Assembly (NCBI GenBank): GCA_965205605.1
Contig: CBDBHE010000007.1
Span: 576,229 to 640,228 of the forward strand
Origin: Spirochaetota bacterium
Lineage (GTDB): Bacteria; Spirochaetota; UBA12135; COTS27; CBDBHE01
DNA: 64,000 bases
Direction of reading: 5' to 3'
The position numbers and the translations under genes are program-made. The notes under the pieces are model-generated. The model made no database searches, was not told the DNA's origin, and worked only from the letters and a program-made list of their open reading frames with translations. Position 1 is the first letter of the stretch. Each line of letters opens with the position of its first letter. Below, in pieces: positions 20,836 to 28,968 of this stretch.

Positions 20836-21329
20836 TGACGGTTATTAACTTGTTAGTTGTTGGAAAAGGGGGTCAAGGGGTCTTGTTTGCAAGTGAAGTC
20901 ATTTCAAGTCTTTTTATTCAAAAAGGACTTAATGTTAAAAAATCTGAAATCCACGGTCTTGCTCAAAGAGGTGGTACGGTTGTTTCTCACGTACGAATTG
21001 GGACTCTTATTTATTCGCCCGTCATTCCTAAAGGAGCAGTTGATTTTTTAATTGTTTTTGATTTAAAAGAGCAAAACCATTATCAATCGTATCTTAAAAA
21101 AGCTGGAATAGTAATTACTTTAAATGAAAAAGAAACCACCGCTTTTAATCAAAAAAAAGGAATGAATCTTGCCCTAGTGGCTCGTTTTTTTAAGTGTTAT
21201 CAGCAATGCTTTAAATCAAAAAATGATTTGTGTTTTAACAATCAACAACTTTATTTCTTTTTAGAAAAAGCTCTTTTTTTAAAAAGAAAACAAGAAAACA
21301 TCGCTCTTTTTAAAGAATTTTATGAATAA
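20835..21329 (+). CDS. iorB: Indolepyruvate:ferredoxin oxidoreductase beta subunit
   Basis: VGKGGQGVLFAS...HGLAQRGGTVVSHVRIG. The ATG overlaps the iorA TGA as TGATG. The ORF track uses the TTG at 20832. Confidence 0.8.
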   Translation: MTVINLLVVGKGGQGVLFASEVISSLFIQKGLNVKKSEIHGLAQRGGTVVSHVRIGTLIYSPVIPKGAVDFLIVFDLKEQNHYQSYLKKAGIVITLNEKETTAFNQKKGMNLALVARFFKCYQQCFKSKNDLCFNNQQLYFFLEKALFLKRKQENIALFKEFYE

Positions 21330-22038
21330 ACCCATTGTTTTTATTTCTCAAAAGCAAGTTAAAAAAAATCTAATTGAAATTGTAGGGAGTGATGTTCACC
21401 ATCTTTTGCATGTTCTTAAACTTACAGCAAGGAATGATATCATTTGTCGGACTTTTGAAGGATTTAATTATCAGTGTGTTCTTCATTTAATTTTAAAAGA
21501 TAAGCTTATTTTAAACATTAAAGAAAAAAATGTTATAAAAGAAGAGTCCATTAAAAAAATACATTTAGTTTTATCGATGCCAAAACCTAAAACTTTTTCT
21601 AGTGTTGTTAAAAAAATTACAGAGTTAGGAGTTGCTTCTCTATATCCGGTGATCACCGAGCGATCTTTTATTAAAGATGAAAAAGCTTTTAATTTAAAGC
21701 GTTATCAAAAAATAAGTTTAGAATCTTTAAAGCAATCAATGAGAAGCCATCCGATGAAAATAAGCAATATTCTTAAAATACAAGATTTTTTAACAACAGA
21801 AGAAAAAATCTTAAAATCAAGTTTTAAAATCTTCCCTTGGGAATGTGCTCAAAATGATTTTTTTAAAGAGTCTTTTCAAACTCAAAAAGAAATGATGCTT
21901 TTTATTGGGCCTGAGGGAGGTGTTACGCAAAAGGAAAAAATAATTTTAGAAGCCCACGGGTTTAAAGTAGTGAGCCTTTCAAAAAATATTTTAAGAGTAG
22001 AAACAGCAGTTTTATTTTCAATTGCCAAATTATTTTAA
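21322..22038 (+). CDS. rsmE: 16S rRNA (uracil1498-N3)-methyltransferase
   Basis: DVHHLLHVLKL near the N-terminus and a C-terminal FIGPEGGVTQKE...LSKNILRVETA. Confidence 0.85.
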   Translation: MNKPIVFISQKQVKKNLIEIVGSDVHHLLHVLKLTARNDIICRTFEGFNYQCVLHLILKDKLILNIKEKNVIKEESIKKIHLVLSMPKPKTFSSVVKKITELGVASLYPVITERSFIKDEKAFNLKRYQKISLESLKQSMRSHPMKISNILKIQDFLTTEEKILKSSFKIFPWECAQNDFFKESFQTQKEMMLFIGPEGGVTQKEKIILEAHGFKVVSLSKNILRVETAVLFSIAKLF

Positions 22039-22709
22039 ACTAGATTTCTTTTTCCAAAAAGAATGGTACCAAGTCGGATTAAGTTGGCTCCAGAGTCAAT
22101 GGCTATTTTGTAGTCTTGACTCATTCCCATAGAAAGAAACTGGCTTTGATAGTTTGAAGTGTTAAACTTTTTAGCGGTTTGAAATAATTCGTAAGTTTTT
22201 TGGAAATAAGGAAGATTGTCTTTGGGTTGTTTGACTAAAGGGCCCATGGTCATTAGCCCCAAGATTTGAATGTTTTTGTAATGGCAGGCTTGTTTAATAA
22301 AAGTAAGGACTTTTTCAGGGAAGAGGCCGGATTTATTTGCTTCTTTGGCGGTGTTAACTTCAATTAAAATATTAACGATTTTGTTTTCTTTTTGGCCTTG
22401 TTGATTGATCAGTTTAAGATGCTTTTCATTTCCTACAGAATGGATTAAAGAAAAATATTTTACGATATCTCTAATTTTATTTGATTGAATTTTCCCAATA
22501 AAATGCCACTCTAAGGATTGATTTAGAGAAGGGGATTGTTTGATATATTGGATTAGTTGCAAGCCTTCTTGCAAATAATTAACGCCTAAAATATGAAGAC
22601 CAGTTTTAATGCAAGCTTGAATGTTTTCAAAAGGCTGTTTTTTAATGACGCCACAAATGGAGACATTTTTTGGGATGCTTTTTAAAAGGGATGGAAAGAG
22701 AGGTGCCAT
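22035..22709 (-). CDS. yggS: YggS-family pyridoxal-phosphate homeostasis protein
   Basis: WHFIGKIQSNKIR, LIEVNTAKEANKSG, LSMGMSQDYKIAI and GANLIRLGTILFGKR. Confidence 0.88.
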   Translation of the reverse strand: MAPLFPSLLKSIPKNVSICGVIKKQPFENIQACIKTGLHILGVNYLQEGLQLIQYIKQSPSLNQSLEWHFIGKIQSNKIRDIVKYFSLIHSVGNEKHLKLINQQGQKENKIVNILIEVNTAKEANKSGLFPEKVLTFIKQACHYKNIQILGLMTMGPLVKQPKDNLPYFQKTYELFQTAKKFNTSNYQSQFLSMGMSQDYKIAIDSGANLIRLGTILFGKRNLV

Positions 22710-22710
22710 T

Positions 22711-24393
22711 TTATATTTTGTTTAAGAGATGAGTAAAAAAATTTTGATTAATTTCTTTTTCTTGATATTCTTGATATTGGTAACCTTGTTCGGTTAGAAA
22801 TCTTTTTCTGTTTTGAGCAAAATATTCTTCTTTTGAATCTAAAGTAATTAAAGTAAAAAAATAAGCTTTATTATTATTTGTCTCTTTAGGTCTTATAATG
22901 CGGCCGAGCCTTTGAGCTTCTTCTTGACGAGAGCCGTAAGTACCTGATATTTGAATGGCAATTTCAGCGTTAGGGAGGTCGACGGCGAAATTGGCAATTT
23001 TGGAAGTAGCTAAAATATTGATGTCGCCTTGATTAAATCTTTTGTAATATTCTTGTCTTTTTTCATTTGGCATTTCTCCTGTAATGAGAGGAATGTTTAG
23101 TTTTTCTGAAAGAGTGTTTAGTTGATTAATATATTGACCGATGATGAGTATTTTTTTATTCTTAAATTGATCGATAAGTTTTTTGAGTACTAAAATTTTT
23201 TGAGAGTTTTCAGCTGCAATTCTAAATTTTTTATTTTCATTACTATAATATTCATAAGACGTTTTTTCATTCATTGGGACTTTGACTTCGAAACAAGACG
23301 CATTAGCAATCACATTCTTTTTTTCCAAATCCTTCCAATCAATTGTAAATCGTTTTGGCCCAATTAAGGTAAAGACGTCTTTTTCTCTATTGTCTTCTCT
23401 CACCAAAGTAGCGGTAAGACCGAGCCTTCTTTTTGATTGAATACTTGAAATCGCTCTAAAAACCGGGGCTGGTAAAAGATGAACTTCATCATAAATAATT
23501 AATCCCCAGTTTTGTCTATTAAAAAGATCAAAATGTTTGAAGGAATCTTTTTTGCTTTTTCGGTAAGTAAGAATTTGATAAGTTGAAATCGTCACCGGTT
23601 TAATATTTTTTTCTTCTCCAGAATACTCTCCAATTTGATCCTTGTTTAAATTAGTTTTATTTAAAATTTCTTTTTTCCATTGTCTTAGAGAAATTGTATT
23701 GGGAGTAATAATGAGAGTGTTCATTTTTAGGTAACATAATATCCCAATACCAATGATGGTCTTTCCAGAACCACAAGGTAAAACAATCACTCCTATACTA
23801 CCTTCGTTGCTACTAAAAAAAGTATCAATCGCTTCTTGTTGATAATTTCTATAACTATATTCTTTATGATTAAAAATAACGTTTAAAAATTTTCCTTTTG
23901 AAAACCCAGCTAAATCTTTAATTGGCATACTTATATTAACCATATCAACTTTAAAAACCCCTCTCATAGAAACAGGGATTAAATATTGATGAGCCTCTTT
24001 ATTATAAGTGAGGTATTTTGAAATATATTTATTTTTTAGCATTTTTTCAAAAATGTCTTTTGTTGCTATGACTTCATGATGAGAATGGCTTGATTTTTTT
24101 AATTTAACAATGCCGTAATTTTTATAATTGATTTCAATGAACTCTAAAATCGTTTTTGGAATAGGAAATTTGGCGTATTTTTTTAGAATATTAATCATCT
24201 CTTGGGCTTTAAATCCAGCAGCAAAAGCATTCCATAAAGAAACCTGATTCATTTGATACGTATGAATTAATTTTGGAGACTTAATGAGCTCTAAAAAAGG
24301 ATTGATTTCTTTTTTAGTTTGAGCGAAAAGAGGGTGAGACGTTTCTAATAAAACCTCATAATTTGATTGAATAATTAGGTTTTTATCGTTCAT
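22711..24393 (-). CDS. XPB/Ssl2 (ERCC3)-type superfamily-2 DNA helicase
   Basis: XPB-type N-terminal domain (EVLLETSHPLF...IHTYQMNQVSLWNAFAAG). Walker A LPCGSGKT, DEVH box (IIYDEVHLL), GLTATLVRED and a RED-like segment. I chose the ATG at 24393, one nt after the nadC stop. The track uses the TTG at 24405. Confidence 0.85.
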   Translation of the reverse strand: MNDKNLIIQSNYEVLLETSHPLFAQTKKEINPFLELIKSPKLIHTYQMNQVSLWNAFAAGFKAQEMINILKKYAKFPIPKTILEFIEINYKNYGIVKLKKSSHSHHEVIATKDIFEKMLKNKYISKYLTYNKEAHQYLIPVSMRGVFKVDMVNISMPIKDLAGFSKGKFLNVIFNHKEYSYRNYQQEAIDTFFSSNEGSIGVIVLPCGSGKTIIGIGILCYLKMNTLIITPNTISLRQWKKEILNKTNLNKDQIGEYSGEEKNIKPVTISTYQILTYRKSKKDSFKHFDLFNRQNWGLIIYDEVHLLPAPVFRAISSIQSKRRLGLTATLVREDNREKDVFTLIGPKRFTIDWKDLEKKNVIANASCFEVKVPMNEKTSYEYYSNENKKFRIAAENSQKILVLKKLIDQFKNKKILIIGQYINQLNTLSEKLNIPLITGEMPNEKRQEYYKRFNQGDINILATSKIANFAVDLPNAEIAIQISGTYGSRQEEAQRLGRIIRPKETNNNKAYFFTLITLDSKEEYFAQNRKRFLTEQGYQYQEYQEKEINQNFFTHLLNKI

Positions 24394-24394
24394 T

Positions 24395-25243
24395 TTAGAG
24401 ATCAATAATTTCCATTGAAATGTCTTTTGCTTTTGTAGAATGCGTTAACGCTCCACAACTGATATAATCAATGGAAAGATGAGAGAGTGTTTTTAAGCGT
24501 TTTTTGGTGATATTCCCACTGACTTCTATTTTGGCTCTTTTTTTAATGATTTTGATTGCTTTTTCAATACTTCGGTTATCCATGTTATCTAGCATCACAA
24601 CATCAATATCTTTATAAGGTAAATTTTCTAGCAATTTTAAAGAAGTGCATTCTACTTCAACTAGTTTATTACCCTGGTTATGTTTTTTAATTTTTTCAAT
24701 CATAACAGGAATGTTCTTTTCTATTTTAAAATGATTATCTTTTACCATATAAGCGTCATAAAGACCCAAACGATGATTAATTCCGCCTCCTGTTTTAAAA
24801 GCATATTTTTCTAAAATTCGATAAGCTGGCATTGTTTTTCGAGTATCAAGAAGCTTGATTTTAGAAGAACTGATTTCTTTTTTCCATTCATTCGTCATAG
24901 ATGCAATGCCACTTAAATGCTGGAGCATATTTAAAATAATTCTTTCATAAAATAAAAGTTTCTTAGTATTGCCTTTAATTAAAATAATGGATTGACCATT
25001 TTTAATGGTGGTTCCTTCTTTAATTTTTTTTTTTATTTCAAATTTTTTTTTTTCAACCGAAGCAATGTAATCAATAAAAGGAATTCCACAAATCATCATA
25101 GATTCTTTAGCGGTGAGAGTGGCAAGCTTATAATCATTTGGATTAATAATGGCGTTGGAAGTAATGTCTCCTTGTTTAGAAAGATCTTCTTGGATGGCTA
25201 GTTTTAAAAGCGTTTTAAAACTATTCAGCATTAATTTTTCCAT
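24395..25243 (-). CDS. nadC: Nicotinate-nucleotide diphosphorylase (carboxylating)
   Basis: DITSNAII, LLDTRKTMPAYRILEKYAFKTGGGINHR, and DNHF followed further on by the VMLDNM block. Confidence 0.92.
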   Translation of the reverse strand: MEKLMLNSFKTLLKLAIQEDLSKQGDITSNAIINPNDYKLATLTAKESMMICGIPFIDYIASVEKKKFEIKKKIKEGTTIKNGQSIILIKGNTKKLLFYERIILNMLQHLSGIASMTNEWKKEISSSKIKLLDTRKTMPAYRILEKYAFKTGGGINHRLGLYDAYMVKDNHFKIEKNIPVMIEKIKKHNQGNKLVEVECTSLKLLENLPYKDIDVVMLDNMDNRSIEKAIKIIKKRAKIEVSGNITKKRLKTLSHLSIDYISCGALTHSTKAKDISMEIIDL

Positions 25244-25351
25244 TATTTTAAAAAACCAATGAGATCTATTGTTAAAAAAGCTTGATTAGGTGAATTAGAA
25301 ATCTCTACTAAAAAACGAGCAGCTTCTTTATAGGGAGCTTGAAAATAAGTT

Positions 25352-25624
25352 TTACCCATCATATTTATTAAAAGTCATTGCTTGCTTGAGAGCATTCAAA
25401 TAACAAGTGGTTTTAATGTCATGATTCCAAGTAGGCCTTAACTCTAAAAGAGCTTGATTAATCTTTTGCATCGATTTTCTTGGCTTCATCTTTAAAAAAG
25501 CTATTTTTTTAAAAGGAATTTGCTTTGATGAATAAAGATCATTTTTTTGACTTAAAATTTCTTGAAAGTAAGCTCTTAAAGAAGCAGAGAATTTTTGACT
25601 AATAATGATTTTTTTTTCAACCAT
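25352..25624 (-). CDS. Hypothetical small protein, possibly the 5' part of a frameshifted TPR-like gene (see findings)
   Basis: 90-aa ORF with no recognisable motif. A 38-aa ORF in another frame (25243..25359) follows it and ends in a TAATG overlap with nadC. Confidence 0.4.
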   Translation of the reverse strand: MVEKKIIISQKFSASLRAYFQEILSQKNDLYSSKQIPFKKIAFLKMKPRKSMQKINQALLELRPTWNHDIKTTCYLNALKQAMTFNKYDG

Positions 25625-25657
25625 ATAATAGGTGATTTGAAGATTGTTTCTTTAAAA

Positions 25658-28012
25658 TTATTTTGTAATTAAATCACCGAAAGTTATTTTTTTTTCTTTG
25701 TTTGAAGAACTTAAATAAGGATTATTTTCTTTTTTTTTTTCTTTTTTATGATGACGATGACTATTAGGGTTAGAATTAGAGGTTTTTTTTCTTGAAAGTT
25801 GGATTTTTTTGTTTTGCTTGTCTATTTTTTGAATTTTAAAGGAATAACTTTCATTTAAATTGACACAATCTTCTACTTTTTTAATAAATTTTTCACTTAA
25901 TTCAGAAATATGACAAAACCCTTCTAAATCTTCATTAATTTTAACAATACACCCAATGTCGATTATTTTAATGACTTCAGCAGTGATAGTTGTATTTTCT
26001 TTGTTAAAATTAGTGATTAAATCTTCCCAAGGGTCTTTAGTTTTTTCTTTTACACTTAGTTTAATTTTTTTTCTTTTGGTATCAAAGCCAATAATAGTTG
26101 CTTCGATTTCACTATTAATAGGAAACTCTTTCTTATAATTAATTTTTTTATTGGCCCAAGAAAGATCATCTTTATCAATAAAACCTTCATAAGGAGTTAT
26201 TTCACAATAAACTCCTCTTTGAGTAATATTTTTAATGGTTGTTTTAATGAGAGTATTGATTTGATATTTATTTTCGACTTCTTCCCAAGGGTCTTTAGTG
26301 ACTTGTTTATGACCTAAAGATAATTTTTTATTCTCTTTATCAAGTATTAAGATTTTAGTTTTAATTTGATCGCCTATGTTTATGATTTCTTTTGGGTGTT
26401 TAATTTTTTTTTCCCAGCTCAATTCAGAAATATGACAAAATCCCTCTACTCCATAAGAAACTTTAATAAAAATACCATAGGGTTCAATATTTTTCACTTC
26501 TCCGTCAATAAGGTCTCCTTCTTTTTTTGTATTTGAAAAATCAATAAAAGGATTTTCTTCAGCATCTTTTTTAGAGACTTCTATTTTATTTGTTTCTTCT
26601 TTAAGCTTAATAATTTTAACTTTAATTTTATCTCCTTCTTTAAAGAAAGTAGATAAATCTTCAATCCTTTCCCAAGCACAATTTTTTATTTTCAAAATAC
26701 CATTAATGCCTTTTTCAAACTCGACAATAGCCCCATAATCAATAATTTTAATGACAGTAACTTCTTTAATATCATTAACTTTTGTTTGAGCATAAAAACT
26801 TCGTCTTGCTTCTAAATAGATTTCTTCTAAATATTTTTTTCTAGATAAAATAATTTTACTTCCTTCTAAAGATAAGATTTTAAATTTAGATTTAGTGTTT
26901 ATAAACTCTTTTTTACTAACTTTGTAAATATCGATTTCACTTTGAGGGCAAAAAGAATTGCATCCTTTAAGGTTTACTAAAAGACCTCCTTTGACTTCTT
27001 TAGTGATTTCGCCTTCAATTTCCAAATTATCTTTAAAGTATTTTTTAATTTCTACCAAAGTTTCTTTATTTTGAAGTTCTAAATAAGAAACAATAATATT
27101 AGTTTTATTAATTTTTCTTACAATGACTTCAATTTCAAGACCAACTTTTAAAGTAGAAGAACCCAATCGACTGACTTCTTCTTGCGGGATAATGGCATCT
27201 TTTTTTGATTTTATATTTAAAATAATTTCATCATTAATAGAAACAATTTTAGCTTTTTGAAGACTTCCTTTTTCAATGATGTCATCTTCTAAACTTTCCA
27301 TGGCATTCATAAAAACTTTGGAATTTTCTTTTTCAGATTTTCCCATAGCTTCTTGAGCTTCGAGTTGTTTTTTGTAATAATTAAGCATCATTTCAAGAAT
27401 GTCATCAATCTTTTTATCAGAAGTTTCTATGATAAAAGCATTAGGAGGAATTTTTAAAGGACTTTCTTTTCGAGTAGAGTCTTCTAAGTCTCTTTTTTTA
27501 ATTTCTGTTTTAATTTCATTGATTGTTTTTTTATGTTTTTCTTTACTTTCATTAAACCTTCTTTTTGCTCTTATTTGTAAAGGGGCTTCTAAATAAAATT
27601 TACAAAAAGCATTTGGAAAAACGATGGTACCAATATCTCTGCCATCAACGACGACATTATTTTTTTCTGCGATGGCTAGTTGTATTTTTCTAGTGAATTT
27701 TCTTATATCGGAATTTTGAGCGTAAAAAGCGACTTCTTTGTTGATCGAAGGTGTTTTTAATTGATTGATAGTAATTTCTGCTTGATTTAATAAAATAGTT
27801 TCTTGATTAATTTTAATAGTAATTTTTTTTAAAGCTTCTTTAACTTTTTCTTTTTCACTAGGTTTAATTTTATTTTTTATCATTTCATAAGTAATCGTTC
27901 TATAAACGAGGCCTGTATCGAAATGATTAAATTGAATTTGTTTTGAAAAAAGTTTTGCAATGGTACTTTTGCCTGCACCACAGAGCCCATCAATCGTAAT
28001 TATTTTTTGCAT
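25658..28012 (-). CDS. rpsA: Bifunctional cytidylate kinase / 30S ribosomal protein S1 fusion
   Basis: The N-terminus is Cmk (ITIDGLCGAGKSTIAK...DGRDIGTIVFPNA). It is followed by repeated S1/OB domains (G.V..I...G..V..., FCHISELS twice) and a Lys/Ser-rich tail. Confidence 0.9.
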   Translation of the reverse strand: MQKIITIDGLCGAGKSTIAKLFSKQIQFNHFDTGLVYRTITYEMIKNKIKPSEKEKVKEALKKITIKINQETILLNQAEITINQLKTPSINKEVAFYAQNSDIRKFTRKIQLAIAEKNNVVVDGRDIGTIVFPNAFCKFYLEAPLQIRAKRRFNESKEKHKKTINEIKTEIKKRDLEDSTRKESPLKIPPNAFIIETSDKKIDDILEMMLNYYKKQLEAQEAMGKSEKENSKVFMNAMESLEDDIIEKGSLQKAKIVSINDEIILNIKSKKDAIIPQEEVSRLGSSTLKVGLEIEVIVRKINKTNIIVSYLELQNKETLVEIKKYFKDNLEIEGEITKEVKGGLLVNLKGCNSFCPQSEIDIYKVSKKEFINTKSKFKILSLEGSKIILSRKKYLEEIYLEARRSFYAQTKVNDIKEVTVIKIIDYGAIVEFEKGINGILKIKNCAWERIEDLSTFFKEGDKIKVKIIKLKEETNKIEVSKKDAEENPFIDFSNTKKEGDLIDGEVKNIEPYGIFIKVSYGVEGFCHISELSWEKKIKHPKEIINIGDQIKTKILILDKENKKLSLGHKQVTKDPWEEVENKYQINTLIKTTIKNITQRGVYCEITPYEGFIDKDDLSWANKKINYKKEFPINSEIEATIIGFDTKRKKIKLSVKEKTKDPWEDLITNFNKENTTITAEVIKIIDIGCIVKINEDLEGFCHISELSEKFIKKVEDCVNLNESYSFKIQKIDKQNKKIQLSRKKTSNSNPNSHRHHKKEKKKENNPYLSSSNKEKKITFGDLITK

Positions 28013-28111
28013 TTTGTTTTTTAAGAGTTAATTGTTGATTTTAAGCTTAATTTTTTTAAAAAATGATAGAAAATTTTTGTACATACAGTTTATAGTTATA
28101 TTAACATGACA

Positions 28112-28129
28112 TTTTTTTTTTTTTTTTTT
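28112..28129. repeat. T18 homopolymer in the divergent cmk-rpsA / tsaC intergenic region
   Basis: Counted directly: a at 28111, 18 T, then a at 28130. Confidence 0.95.
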
Positions 28130-28166
28130 AGTGTAAAATTTTTATTATTTTAAATAACTTACCAAT

Positions 28167-28727
28167 TTGTCGTTATTTTTTAAACACCAACTTAAACAAT
28201 CTCTTCATTTTTTGAAAAAAGGTAAAATTATTGCATTGGGGACAGATACAGTCCCGGGTTTAGTCGTTGATTCAAAGCAGCCTAAAGCCATTGAGAAACT
28301 AAATTTACTTAAAAAACGTTCTAAAAACAAATCTTATGTTTTGATGACTAGTGCCATAGGGCGTCTTTTTGAAGAAATTATCATTCTTCCCTTGACCAAA
28401 CCTCTTATGAAAGCTTATTGGCCAGGGCCCCTTACTATTATTTTTCCAGGTAAAGTGAAAAAAAGTATTGGAGTTCGAATCCCAAATGATTTGTTTTTAC
28501 AAGCAATTTTAAGAGAATACCCCCATCCTCTTTATGTGACAAGTGCCAATTGTGCCGGTGGAAAAGAAGGGCGTTCTAAAAAAGAAGTGGATGAAATTTT
28601 TAAAAATAAGATTATTAATTTTATCCCTCAAAAAACTTATTACAAAGCAAAGTCTTCTACGATTGTTTGTGTACAACCATCGATTACAATTTTGCGTCAA
28701 GGAGATCTAGTGATTAAAAAGAATTAA
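28167..28727 (+). CDS. tsaC: L-threonylcarbamoyladenylate synthase (YrdC/Sua5 family, short form)
   Basis: GKIIALGTDTVPGLV, YWPGPLTII, IGVRIPN and LYVTSAN. TTG start. Confidence 0.85.
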   Translation: MSLFFKHQLKQSLHFLKKGKIIALGTDTVPGLVVDSKQPKAIEKLNLLKKRSKNKSYVLMTSAIGRLFEEIIILPLTKPLMKAYWPGPLTIIFPGKVKKSIGVRIPNDLFLQAILREYPHPLYVTSANCAGGKEGRSKKEVDEIFKNKIINFIPQKTYYKAKSSTIVCVQPSITILRQGDLVIKKN

Positions 28728-28746
28728 AAAAAAAATTTGATTTCAC

Positions 28747-28884
28747 TTAAAAATCATCTTCGTTAAATTCTTCATCTTCATCTTCAAAATCTTCCTCAAA
28801 ATCTTCTTTGATAAAATGGTCTTCGTACTCATCATCAAAATCATCTTCGAGTTCGTTTATATAGTCTTCATCATCTTCTATCAT
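28747..28884 (-). CDS. Hyper-acidic 45-aa protein (unannotated small ORF)
   Basis: ATG at 28884 and TAA at 28747..28749. It translates to MIEDDEDYINELEDDFDDEYEDHFIKEDFEEDFEDEDEEFNEDDF, with 28 of 45 residues D or E. It is below the 60-aa cut-off of the ORF track. I saw no clear SD, so it is kept at low confidence. Confidence 0.4.
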   Translation of the reverse strand: MIEDDEDYINELEDDFDDEYEDHFIKEDFEEDFEDEDEEFNEDDF

Positions 28885-28968
28885 TATAATACTTTAATTA
28901 TTTAAGTTTAAATTTTGGTTTTTATAGTAGCATATTTTTTTTAAAATTGATTAATTAAAAAAAAATAC

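Noticed and set aside
28470-28483. GGAGTTCGAATCCC, which resembles a tRNA T-arm/T-loop
   Set aside because: It lies inside the tsaC coding frame and encodes the conserved IGVRIPN motif. No acceptor or anticodon stems can be drawn around it. I found no tRNA gene in the window.
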